Assembly (NCBI GenBank): GCA_007118855.1
Contig: SKQU01000121.1
Span: forward strand, 1,748 to 65,747
DNA: 64,000 nt
Source: Spirochaetaceae bacterium
Lineage (GTDB): Bacteria > Spirochaetota > Spirochaetia > DSM-27196 > SLST01
Direction: 5' to 3'
Position numbers and translations under genes: made by a program. Positions 29,968 to 39,310 of the stretch are shown here, piece by piece; within the stretch, counting starts at the first letter, position 1, and each line of letters starts with the position of its first letter. The notes beneath the pieces were generated by a model, which was given only the letters and a program-made list of their open reading frames with translations, was not told the origin of the DNA and did no database searches.

Positions 29968-31254
29968 ATGATACGTCATTATTCGCGGATCAGCGTCTAC
30001 GTCGCGCGTGAGTTCGTCCTGAGCTTCGTCGTCGCCTTTCTCTTTTTCTTCTTCATCTTCTTCGTCAACCAGATTCTGCTCCTCGCCGAACAGATCCTCA
30101 CCCGCCGCGTTCCCCCCATGGATGTGGTGCGCCTGATCTTCTATTCGCTGCCCTCGATCGTCGCACTTTCGTTCCCCTTCGGTGCGCTCGTCGGGGCGCT
30201 CATGGCGATCGGCCGTTTCTCATCCGACAATGAGATCATCGCGTTTCAGGCGTCCGGCGTGCCGACCCGCCGGCTCTTCGCGCCCCTGCTCGTCCTCGGG
30301 ACGCTGCTGTCGCTCGGGTCGTTCGTGATGAACGACTATTTCCTTCCGCTCGGTACGATCAACTTCGGTCGGCTGTACCGGGAGCTGCTGTTCGCGAATC
30401 CGGAGCTCGAGCTCGAGCCGTACAGCGTGAAGTATTATCAGCAGTCGACGCTCGTAACCGGCGAGGTCGAAGGACGCACTATCAACGATCTGCTCATCAT
30501 CGACCGGACGGAGGAGGGGGAGCAGCGGGTCATCTCGGCATCCCGCGCGAGTCTGACCGAGTCAGGCGGCGACGCCGGCATCGTCTCGCTCCTGCTCAGC
30601 GACGTGTTCACGCACACCACGAGACCAGACAGGAGGGGAGACTTCGCCCACAGCGAGGCCAAAGGTATGGAGTACAATATCCTGCTGCAGGACATCACCT
30701 TCAGCCTGAGAAGCTTGGGGCCGCGCGAGATGGCATCGTATGATGTGTGGCAGATCATCCTGGATCGCCGTGAGTCGTTGCGCGCGCGTCGTGACGAGCA
30801 GCAGCGGCTGGTCACGTCGCTGCGGCACGGGCTGGCGGTGGACTACGCGGATGCGGTCCGGCGTGTTCACGCGGGCGACACGACGCTTCAGCGTGTCACG
30901 AGAGATCTCGACGCAGCGGCGCGGCGTGCGCGGGATGAGGCGGGGCGACCGATTCTCGATCGAACGCTCAGCAATTACGAACTCGAGTTTCACAAGAAGT
31001 TCTCGATCCCTTTTGCCTGCCTGACGTTCGTGCTCTTCGCCTTTCCGGTGGGACTTCTGACGAGACGAGCGGGGCGCGCAGTCGGTTTCGGCGTCGGACT
31101 GCTCGTCTCAACGCTCTACTGGAGCCTGCTGATTGGAGGCCAGACGGTAGGAGTGAACAACCCGTCGATCTCGCCCGTGCTCGCCATGTGGTTCCCGAAC
31201 GGAGTGATCCTGCTGCTCGGTATTGCTGCCTATGCATGGAGGGCGAAGAGATGA
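29968..31254 (+). CDS. lptF: LptF/LptG (YjgP/YjgQ) family permease
   Basis: Three N-terminal and three C-terminal TM helices flank a soluble insert. Paired with a paralogue immediately downstream. Confidence 0.75.
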   Translation: MIRHYSRISVYVAREFVLSFVVAFLFFFFIFFVNQILLLAEQILTRRVPPMDVVRLIFYSLPSIVALSFPFGALVGALMAIGRFSSDNEIIAFQASGVPTRRLFAPLLVLGTLLSLGSFVMNDYFLPLGTINFGRLYRELLFANPELELEPYSVKYYQQSTLVTGEVEGRTINDLLIIDRTEEGEQRVISASRASLTESGGDAGIVSLLLSDVFTHTTRPDRRGDFAHSEAKGMEYNILLQDITFSLRSLGPREMASYDVWQIILDRRESLRARRDEQQRLVTSLRHGLAVDYADAVRRVHAGDTTLQRVTRDLDAAARRARDEAGRPILDRTLSNYELEFHKKFSIPFACLTFVLFAFPVGLLTRRAGRAVGFGVGLLVSTLYWSLLIGGQTVGVNNPSISPVLAMWFPNGVILLLGIAAYAWRAKR

Positions 31255-32333
31255 GGCGCCGCACGACGCTGCACCTGATGCTGCTGCGCCGGTTCGTTCC
31301 GGTGTTCGTGATCGCGATCGCGTTCTTCATCTCGATTCTGCAACTCATCGACCTGTTCGAGAACATCACCTCCTACATCGATCGGGAGGTTTCGTTCCTG
31401 CAGGTACTGCGCGTGCATCTGCTCTATCTGCCCAGGAGTCTGCACTTCGCCCTGCCCATGAGCCTGCTTTTCGCCGGGGCCTTCACGCTCGGAACGATGT
31501 ACAGCAGGAACGAGCTGATCGCAGTCTTCGGCTCCGGTGTCTCCCTGCGCAGTTTCGTGGCGCCGGTGATCCTGGTCGGTGTGATCCTGAGCGTCGGATC
31601 ATTCTTCTTCGAGGAGCACGTGGTGATCTCGACGGTCACGCGCAAGAACGCGCTCGAGCGGGAGCTCCTGCAGGTGTCGGCAAGCCGAAGCGCAAGCAAC
31701 GTCACCCGGCTTGGAGACGCGGCACGGTTGCTGTATCATGCCGACTTCTACAACGACGAGACGCGCAGCCTGTCCGGTGTGCTTTTGGTCGAACGAAGCG
31801 CGGAAGGACAGGTCGAACGAATCGTGAGCGCGCGAACCGCCCGGTGGAACGGTACGAATTGGGAGGTACAGGCCGCCCGGATATTCGAGCGGTCGGATGG
31901 CGGATTCGCGGAACGCTACGCCGCGACCGAGGACCTTCCGCGGTATACCCTTTCGCCGGACGCGTTCAGACGGATCGGACGGGATTTGGATCAGATGCGT
32001 CTGGAAGAGGCCGCAGCGTGGATCGAGTCACAGCGGACCGCGGGTCTGCCCTACCGGGAGGATCTGACGAAGTACCATGAGCGGTTCTCGTTCTCTCTCA
32101 CCCCGCTCATCGTCGTGATGATCGCGACCGCCGTGGGCGGCAGGTTCCGCAAGAACATTCTGCTGATGAGCCTGCTCGTCGCCCTCTGCGTGGCGGTCGT
32201 TTACTATGTGACGCAGATGGTATCCGGACTGCTCGCGTATTCGGGCTTCATGAGCCCGATTCTCGGGGCATGGTCCGGGGTGCTGCTGTTCGTTGTCATC
32301 GGACTCGGCCTGCTGCGCCTCTCGCGAACGTAG
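31251..32333 (+). CDS. lptG: LptF/LptG (YjgP/YjgQ) family permease
   Basis: Same topology as the previous gene. ATGA overlap with the lptF stop. Start MRRRTTLHLMLLRRFVPVF. Confidence 0.75.
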   Translation: MRRRTTLHLMLLRRFVPVFVIAIAFFISILQLIDLFENITSYIDREVSFLQVLRVHLLYLPRSLHFALPMSLLFAGAFTLGTMYSRNELIAVFGSGVSLRSFVAPVILVGVILSVGSFFFEEHVVISTVTRKNALERELLQVSASRSASNVTRLGDAARLLYHADFYNDETRSLSGVLLVERSAEGQVERIVSARTARWNGTNWEVQAARIFERSDGGFAERYAATEDLPRYTLSPDAFRRIGRDLDQMRLEEAAAWIESQRTAGLPYREDLTKYHERFSFSLTPLIVVMIATAVGGRFRKNILLMSLLVALCVAVVYYVTQMVSGLLAYSGFMSPILGAWSGVLLFVVIGLGLLRLSRT

Positions 32334-33482
32334 ATGAGCGATATCTTCAGAGTCACATCGGGCGGCCCGTCGGGGGCGAGGACCGGCGAGCTCGTGCTGC
32401 CGCACGGGGTGGTCGAAACCCCGGTCTTCATGCCGGTCGGCACGGCCGCCACCGTCAAGGCCGTTCTTCACGAACGGCTGTGCGAGCTCGGATTCCGGCT
32501 CATTCTGGGTAACACGTATCATCTGTTCCTGCGACCGGGCACGGAGACGATCCGGTCGCTCGGAGGGCTGCACGGATTCACCGGCTGGAAGGGGAATGTC
32601 CTCACCGACTCCGGTGGCTATCAGGTGTTCTCGCTTGCCGGATTGCGCAAGATATCGGACGAGGGGGTCCTCTTCCAATCGCACCTCGACGGGTCACGCC
32701 ATCTGTTCACGCCGGAGAGCGTGGTTGAAGCGCAGGTTGCCTTCAACAGCGATGTCCAGATGGCGCTCGATGTCTGCACCGCCTACGGAACGGGCGAGTC
32801 CCAGGCGCAGCAGGCGGTGATCAGGACGAGCGCCTGGGCGCGACGGGCCCGCGATGCGTGGCTCGTCGAACGCGATCGCGGCTATCGCGGGCTGCTGTTC
32901 GGTATCGTACAGGGCAACTTCTACCCGCACCTGCGTCGCCGAAGCGCCGAGGAGATCATCGAGCTCGATCTGCCGGGGATTGCGATTGGTGGACTATCGG
33001 TGGGGGAGGAGGCGGATCGCTTCCGCGAGATGCTCTGGGAGACCGCTCAGTACCTGCCGACCGACCTGCCGAGGTACCTGATGGGAATCGGCACCCCCGA
33101 CTATATCTTTGACGCGGTCGAATCCGGGATGGACATGTTCGACTGCGTCTTCCCCACGAGAATCGCGAGGAACGGTACCGTCCTGACGCGCGACGGACGG
33201 GTCGTCCTTCGCCACGAGGCGCATCGGGAAGACGCGCAACCCATTGACGCCGAATGCGGGTGCATGACCTGCCGGCGCTACTCGCGCGCCTATCTGCGGC
33301 ACCTGTTCAAGAGCCGCGAGATTCTCGGGCCCATGCTCACGACCGAGCACAATCTGTACTACATCGCGGAGCTCGTCGCCGGGATCCGCGAGGCGGTGAG
33401 GAGCGGCACCTTCGCCGCGCATCGTCGCGCCGTCCTGGAACGCTTCGAGGAGGGTGAACGTGCGCGACAGGATCGCCGATAG
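32334..33482 (+). CDS. tgt: Queuine tRNA-ribosyltransferase
   Basis: TPVFMPVGT, DSGGYQV, GLSVGE and the zinc site CGCMTCRRYSRAYLRHL. Confidence 0.95.
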   Translation: MSDIFRVTSGGPSGARTGELVLPHGVVETPVFMPVGTAATVKAVLHERLCELGFRLILGNTYHLFLRPGTETIRSLGGLHGFTGWKGNVLTDSGGYQVFSLAGLRKISDEGVLFQSHLDGSRHLFTPESVVEAQVAFNSDVQMALDVCTAYGTGESQAQQAVIRTSAWARRARDAWLVERDRGYRGLLFGIVQGNFYPHLRRRSAEEIIELDLPGIAIGGLSVGEEADRFREMLWETAQYLPTDLPRYLMGIGTPDYIFDAVESGMDMFDCVFPTRIARNGTVLTRDGRVVLRHEAHREDAQPIDAECGCMTCRRYSRAYLRHLFKSREILGPMLTTEHNLYYIAELVAGIREAVRSGTFAAHRRAVLERFEEGERARQDRR

Positions 33483-35061
33483 TGTAGCCGTGGAGAAGTC
33501 TCTGGCGAGCAGCGCCCGGTCGACGGCGATGCTCATGGGCATCACAACCGCCTCACGACTGCTCGGGTTCGTCCGACAGGCCGCGGTAAACGCGGTCTTC
33601 GGTGCCTCAGGCAATGCCGACGTGCTGAACGCGGTGTTCAACATCCCGAACAATCTCAGGAAACTGCTTGCCGAAGGCGCGCTCTCATCGGCCTTCATTC
33701 CGATTCTGTCGCGGTCGAGTGCGAATCCCGCCGAGCGGGAAGCGGGCACACCGCAGGCGATCGTCCGCAGTCTGCTGACCTTCCAGCTCATCGTGCTCGT
33801 ACCGGTCCTGCTGCTCTCGGTCGTCTTCGCCGGTCCGATCACCGCGTTCATTCTGGATTTCCCCGAGATCGAACGCACCGAGCTCGCGGCCGAGCTTTTT
33901 CGGTGGTTCATCCACTACACGCTGTTGATCAGCGTGAGCGCCGTGCTGATGGGAACGCTGAACAGCCACGGACGATTCTTCGTTCCCGCGGTCACGCCCA
34001 TCCTGTTCTCCGTGTGCGTGATCGCCTCGGTGCTCGTCCTGCACCGCTGGCTCGGACTCTACGCGATGGCGGTCGGCGTGCTCGTCGGCGGGGTCGCGCA
34101 GATCACGATGCAGATCCCCCAGTTCATCAGGTCGGGATTCGACTTCCGACCCTCCTTCAGCTTCCGCAACGAGCACTTCCGCACGATCATGCGCCGATGG
34201 CTTCCGGTCGTTGCCGCGAGCAGCGTCTTTGCCATCAACCAGCAGATATCGCTCTACTTCGCAAGCGGCCTCGAGGACGGCAGCAGCTCCGCGCTCGCGA
34301 ACGCGGTGATCTTCTGGCAGCTCCCCCAGGGGATCTTCGGGGTCAGCATCATGACCGTGCTCTTCCCGCGGATGAGTCGGGAGGCCTCCGAAGGCGACCG
34401 CCCGGCGCTGAGGAGAACGCTCGGATTCGGTATACGCGGGATCGTAGCGCTGCTCGTCCCCTCCTCGATTCTTCTGGGTATGCTCGGGCCGCAGATCGTG
34501 GCGATGGCGTTCCAGCGTGGTAACTTTGAGCTTGCCGACACGATCCGGACGGCCGAGGTGCTCGGCGCGTACTGCTTCGGGATGGCCGGAGTCAGCGCGT
34601 TCAGCTTCCTGCAGCGTTTCTACTACTCGCACGGCGACTACCGCACGCCGACGATCGCGGCGGTCGCCGTGGCGGCGCTCGACGTCGGTCTCTCGCTCTG
34701 GCTCAAGGAGACGCCGCTGCGCGTAACGGGACTCGCGGTGGCGAACTCCGTCGCGTTTACCTGCGGCGCGATCGTGCTGCTGCTTCGCACAGGACCGGTG
34801 GTCGGCGGCGTCCAGGGGCGTGCGATCGTGACGACGCTCGTCAAGACCGTGGCGGCCTCGGTTCCGGCGATCGCGGTGATCCTTCTCCAGCGCCGGCTGC
34901 TCGGCCCGTGGTGGCACGCGGGGAGCTCGTTCGCCGGGTTTGGAGTGCTCGCGCTCATCGGGATCGTTGCAGTCGCCGTCGTTGCCGTGGGCTTCGTCGG
35001 ATTCAAGGTCGAGATCGTCTCGATCCTGCTGCGGGCGCGCCGGCGCGCACCGGAGAAATGA
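33454..35061 (+). CDS. murJ: Lipid II flippase MurJ
   Basis: 535 aa, about 14 TM helices; SRLLGFVRQAAVNAVFGASGNADV is a typical MurJ/MviN N-terminus. Confidence 0.9.
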   Translation: MNVRDRIADSVAVEKSLASSARSTAMLMGITTASRLLGFVRQAAVNAVFGASGNADVLNAVFNIPNNLRKLLAEGALSSAFIPILSRSSANPAEREAGTPQAIVRSLLTFQLIVLVPVLLLSVVFAGPITAFILDFPEIERTELAAELFRWFIHYTLLISVSAVLMGTLNSHGRFFVPAVTPILFSVCVIASVLVLHRWLGLYAMAVGVLVGGVAQITMQIPQFIRSGFDFRPSFSFRNEHFRTIMRRWLPVVAASSVFAINQQISLYFASGLEDGSSSALANAVIFWQLPQGIFGVSIMTVLFPRMSREASEGDRPALRRTLGFGIRGIVALLVPSSILLGMLGPQIVAMAFQRGNFELADTIRTAEVLGAYCFGMAGVSAFSFLQRFYYSHGDYRTPTIAAVAVAALDVGLSLWLKETPLRVTGLAVANSVAFTCGAIVLLLRTGPVVGGVQGRAIVTTLVKTVAASVPAIAVILLQRRLLGPWWHAGSSFAGFGVLALIGIVAVAVVAVGFVGFKVEIVSILLRARRRAPEK

Positions 35062-35069
35062 GGAGTGCC

Positions 35070-36548
35070 ATGAGTGTATGGCCGGATCGGAATCGACGCA
35101 CACCGAGGTGCCCGCCAGCGTGCCCACCTCGCCGCGCGAAGGCGCTCATGGCAGCCGTCGTCGTGCTCGGGCTCATGAACCCGTACGCCGGAGCACTCGC
35201 GCAGGAACGGAGCCTGTACGAGGCATGGGAAGAGACGCTGCTGTTCGGCATCGACTCTGAGATCGGGGCGGTCCTCGACCAGATAGCACAGTCGGGCGAT
35301 GATCGACTCGACGACCTGATCGTCGAACGGTTCGCGACGAGCCGCAATGAGCGGCTTCGGGTTCTGATCGTCGAGCACTTCAGCGCGCGCGAATCCACGG
35401 CCCTTCACGCTTCGGTGCGAACGCTGCTGCTCGACGACGAGATGACCCCTGGCGACGAGCTGATGCGCGTGTCTGCAACGTATCTTTCCCGCGTCGTTGA
35501 GGACCACTCAGGAGAGCTTCTCGCGCGGTACGAGCAGATCGCCGAACGAGGCAGCCTCCTCGCCTCGACCATCGCAATCGACGCGATCGGACGAAACGGC
35601 AGCGAAGCAGCCGTGCGGCTGCTGCTCGACCTGTACGAGCGTCTTCGCGGCACCGATCAGCGGGCCGCCGTCCTGCGGGCGCTCGGACGAACAGGGAGCG
35701 AGCAGGCATTGCCCCTGCTCTCGATGGTCGCGGCCGATGACTTCGAGGAGAGCGCCCTGCGGCACTACGCGGCTGAGAGCCTCGGGCGGATTGGATCGCC
35801 GGAGAGCCTCACACTCCTGACGACGCTGCTCGGATCGTCGGACAGCCTGCTGCGCGCCTACGCGACGCTTGCCCTCGGGTTCTACGGTGAGGAGGAGTCC
35901 GGCGAGCTTCTCGAGCAGGCACTACGCGACTCGTTCTGGCGGGTGCGGGTGGCTGCCCTGCAGGCGCTCGGTGAGCAGCGCCGCGACGCTGCCGTGCGCG
36001 CGATCGACTACGTAGCCCGGCGTGATCCTGAAGGTACGGTGCGTCAGGCTGCGATCAGGTCGCTCGGGAGCATCGCAACGCCCGAGAGCTCCGGTCGGCT
36101 TCGTGAGATCGCCCGCAACGAACGCAGCGCGGAGGCCGAACGCATTCTGGCCGTCGAGCAGCTCGTGCGTGCCGGGGCGTTGGAGAACCGAGAGCTCCTC
36201 GTCGAGTTGATGGCGGCTGAATGGAACCGCGAAGGCTCGCGTCTTCTGGATGCGATCGGCCGATTTCTCAGTGAAGAGGCCGACGGGCGGCTCGATGATC
36301 TGTACGGGCGGCTGATTACGCACCCGAATCACATCATCCGCATCTATGGAATGCGCGCCGTGGGAGAAGCCGGCATACGCTCGAGGATCGAGCAGCTCAA
36401 AGAGATCGCCCGCGTGAACCCGCCGGGTATCGTGCGCAGAACCGCGCTCGCCTCGCTGCGCTCGATGGGGATCGACTTCGACCCCGAGGCCGATGACCCG
36501 CAGCCCGCCCGGCCGGACGCCGAAGACGAGGAGGGCGGCGCGCGGTAG
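35070..36548 (+). CDS. Secreted HEAT-repeat (PBS-lyase HEAT-like) protein
   Basis: AGGAG lies before the ATG at 35070. Sec-like signal (…AKALMAAVVVLGLMNPYAGALA/QE). Repeated about 30-aa helical units (…RRAAVLRALGRTGSEQALPLL…, …WRVRVAALQALGEQRRDAAV…, …VRQAAIRSLGSIATPES…). Confidence 0.7.
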   Translation: MSVWPDRNRRTPRCPPACPPRRAKALMAAVVVLGLMNPYAGALAQERSLYEAWEETLLFGIDSEIGAVLDQIAQSGDDRLDDLIVERFATSRNERLRVLIVEHFSARESTALHASVRTLLLDDEMTPGDELMRVSATYLSRVVEDHSGELLARYEQIAERGSLLASTIAIDAIGRNGSEAAVRLLLDLYERLRGTDQRAAVLRALGRTGSEQALPLLSMVAADDFEESALRHYAAESLGRIGSPESLTLLTTLLGSSDSLLRAYATLALGFYGEEESGELLEQALRDSFWRVRVAALQALGEQRRDAAVRAIDYVARRDPEGTVRQAAIRSLGSIATPESSGRLREIARNERSAEAERILAVEQLVRAGALENRELLVELMAAEWNREGSRLLDAIGRFLSEEADGRLDDLYGRLITHPNHIIRIYGMRAVGEAGIRSRIEQLKEIARVNPPGIVRRTALASLRSMGIDFDPEADDPQPARPDAEDEEGGAR

Positions 36549-36591
36549 CGCGCCAGCGGTAGCGCTTTCGCCGCAGCGCGGCGGGCTCGTA

Positions 36592-39297
36592 TCAGGAGAA
36601 CGGCGCCTGCTCGACCTGCTCGACCCGGTACACGTGATCGCGCTCGTTGATGGTGAACTCGAGCGTGTCTCCCACCTTCGCGTTGAGCAGCTCACGGCCG
36701 AGCGGAGAGAGATAGGAGATCACGCCGTTCTCCGGATTGCTCTCCCAGGGACCAAGGAGGACGTACTCTTCGACCTCGTCGGCCGCGTCGCGCAGCGTGA
36801 CCCTTGTGCCGAAAGACACCGAGGTCGGGTCGACATCCGACGGTCGCACGATCGTGGCCTTCTCGAGGTCCTCCTTCATGCGTGCGGCAGTCGTGTTCAA
36901 CAGATCCTGACGCTCCTTGGCCGCCTTGTACTCCGCGTTCTCACGCAGGTCGCCGTGAGCGAGCGCCTCGCTGATCTCTTTCGAGTTCTGCGGCACCTCG
37001 ACCTCGTGGAGATGCTTGAGCGCCTTCTGCTTCTCGTTGTAGGAGTGCGGAGTAACCATGAACCCGCCGCGACTCACGCTGTCCGGCTGTATGCTCTCGC
37101 CGTAGAAGCGGATCCCCGGGTGCTCGTCCATGATCTTCTGCTTGAGCTCGATCTTGATGGACGGGTCGAGGTCCTTGACGTCGCGCACGAGCGTGTAGAC
37201 GCGGTTGATTCCGCTTTCGTCCGCTCCGGAGAGGTGTCGCTGGAGATTGCCGTCCTTGAACAGGTAGTTGTGGATCTGGCGGTTGATCTTGCGATTCCGG
37301 CTGACATCCTTGCGGTTGTCGATATCGCGGAATGTCAGGTCAAGGAGATGGATCATGGCGATCAGGATCCTCTCGTAGCTGAAGTCCAACCGGTGGAACC
37401 AACGGTCATCGGTGACGTTCCGCGCGAGCCAGACGAAGGCCTCCCGGTACTCGCGGTAGTGCTCGTATACCGAGACGAACAGCTCGGCCAGCTTGTCGTG
37501 GTGGCCTGCGCGTTCGAGCTCGCCGATGATGTCCGGCGAGAGAAAGGCCGGGAAGAGGCGCACGTAGATGTCCGGCCACTCTTCGACGTTGGCCTTGACC
37601 TCCTGGATGAAGGCTCGCTTGAGATCAGCCGAGTCGATTCTGGCAAAAACCTCCTCGACGTTGTCGATCTGCTCGTACAGCGTCTCGAAATCGATCACGG
37701 TTCCGGAGTCGAGGTACGGATGACGCTCGACGATGCGGCGCACGAGCAGATTGGCCGCGACGACGTGCTCGTTCACCGCGCTTGCGCTCGCGAGGAAGGA
37801 GCTGAAGTAGTCGAACATCTCGCGGAAGAACTCGCTGTCGGTCCCCACATCTTCATCGGACTCCATGAACTCCATGAGTTCCTCGACAATCCGGATCCTG
37901 TCGAAAAAACTCTTCGCGCTCTTGAACTTGTTGAAGGTCTTCTCCCCAAGCGTGATGGGCTGGTCACGCACCACGTAGTGGTCGGCCTTGTCCGGCAGGA
38001 TGCCGAAGATCTTGTCCGTCTTCAGTATGTTGCGCGCCTTGGTGCTCCAGCTGCTCCACTCGCTCGCAGTGAGAATCGAGGGAACGAGCTCTGCCTTGAT
38101 ACGCTTCATGTCTGCGCCGTTGTCGCCGCTCTTGATCGTGGTCCTCAGGGCCCAGACGATGTCCGTCTTGACCTTCGCCCGCAGCTTCTCGCGCTTCCAG
38201 ACGCTTCGCAGCACCCAGAGGTGGTCCTTCGCCAGGATGTCGAGTGCACTCACGGCCATCTTCAGCGTCATCTTGTGGCCGCGCTTGCGGGCGAAGTCGA
38301 TCGTGATCTCATCGCCGTTGATCGACCGGATGATCCCGACGCCCCAGGAGCGGTGGAACACGAAGTTTCCCTCGTCGAAGGCGATGTGTTTCTCGAAATC
38401 AGCTATCGCGTCGTGGATGTTACGCCAGGTCTGGTTGAGGTTCGAGAGCCGGATATACTCGTCGAGCTGGCTGTGATCGGCATACTTATTCCGGTAACAC
38501 TCCACGATCTCCTTACGCGCCCACGGATTCTTCGCGTCGTACTCCAGGATGCGTTTCAGCAGCTCGATAGCGGTCTCCCAGTCCTCCTTCTCGCTGAAGT
38601 GAGGATAGAGATCCTCCAGCAGCTGTACCGCCCGCTCCTCGCTGACCTGCTTCGCGATCCTGCTCTCGGCATGGTAGAAGAACTCGGTCTCATCGGGCGC
38701 GTACTGGATGAGCTTGTGCCAGACCTCCTTGATGCTGTTGAACTGTCGCTTGTTTATGTAGCGGTGAAGGGCCTTCTTGTAGTAATCGACCGCCTCAGGC
38801 AGCGAATCCTCTTCCTCGCGCTTCTCGGCGAGGTGACGGACGATGTCGGCCTCATCGTAGTCGATCCTGATCAGACGCTCCCAGACGTCGAACTTCTTCT
38901 CCTGCTGGTTCTCGTTGTTGTAGCACTCCGCGAGCGTCCGCAGCGCGAACTTGTTCTCTCCGAACTCGAGGATCCGGCGGCAGAGGTACTCGACGATGCC
39001 CCACTTGTGGTTGTCGGTGAAGATCTCGATCAGGGAGACCAGGTTGGTGTCGTCGACCGCCTGCCTGCTCAGATGAACGACGCCCGAGAGGTAGAGCGCG
39101 ATGATACTGTTCTTCGTGTGAACGAGATGCTCGTCGCAGAGCTCGAGGACCTCGTCCTCGACTCCGGCCTCAGTGACCTTGTCGAGCACATCGTCGAGCT
39201 CCTCAAAGTTCCCGATGGTGTAGTTGTTGAGCGTTGCACGGGTCCACTTCTCACCGTTCAGCATCTCGGAGACCTGTGCAATCAACTTGTCCGACAT
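36592..39297 (-). CDS. greA: 901-aa GreA-family transcript cleavage factor with large N-terminal extension
   Basis: The last about 160 aa are colinear with canonical GreA (…ALAHGDLRENAEYKAAKERQ… coiled-coil tip, …VISYLSPLGRELLNAKVGD… globular domain). Start MSDKLIAQ at 39297 is preceded by GAGGAG. Confidence 0.85.
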   Translation of the reverse strand: MSDKLIAQVSEMLNGEKWTRATLNNYTIGNFEELDDVLDKVTEAGVEDEVLELCDEHLVHTKNSIIALYLSGVVHLSRQAVDDTNLVSLIEIFTDNHKWGIVEYLCRRILEFGENKFALRTLAECYNNENQQEKKFDVWERLIRIDYDEADIVRHLAEKREEEDSLPEAVDYYKKALHRYINKRQFNSIKEVWHKLIQYAPDETEFFYHAESRIAKQVSEERAVQLLEDLYPHFSEKEDWETAIELLKRILEYDAKNPWARKEIVECYRNKYADHSQLDEYIRLSNLNQTWRNIHDAIADFEKHIAFDEGNFVFHRSWGVGIIRSINGDEITIDFARKRGHKMTLKMAVSALDILAKDHLWVLRSVWKREKLRAKVKTDIVWALRTTIKSGDNGADMKRIKAELVPSILTASEWSSWSTKARNILKTDKIFGILPDKADHYVVRDQPITLGEKTFNKFKSAKSFFDRIRIVEELMEFMESDEDVGTDSEFFREMFDYFSSFLASASAVNEHVVAANLLVRRIVERHPYLDSGTVIDFETLYEQIDNVEEVFARIDSADLKRAFIQEVKANVEEWPDIYVRLFPAFLSPDIIGELERAGHHDKLAELFVSVYEHYREYREAFVWLARNVTDDRWFHRLDFSYERILIAMIHLLDLTFRDIDNRKDVSRNRKINRQIHNYLFKDGNLQRHLSGADESGINRVYTLVRDVKDLDPSIKIELKQKIMDEHPGIRFYGESIQPDSVSRGGFMVTPHSYNEKQKALKHLHEVEVPQNSKEISEALAHGDLRENAEYKAAKERQDLLNTTAARMKEDLEKATIVRPSDVDPTSVSFGTRVTLRDAADEVEEYVLLGPWESNPENGVISYLSPLGRELLNAKVGDTLEFTINERDHVYRVEQVEQAPFS

Positions 39298-39310
39298 TCC
39301 TATACTCCTC

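Noticed and set aside
36561-36585. Hairpin CGCCGC-agc-GCGGCG between the convergent HEAT and greA genes as a bidirectional terminator
   Set aside because: It is a 6-bp GC stem with a 3-nt loop and no U-tract on either strand. That is too weak to call. The junctions at 43988/44016 and 58799/58827 are likewise weak.
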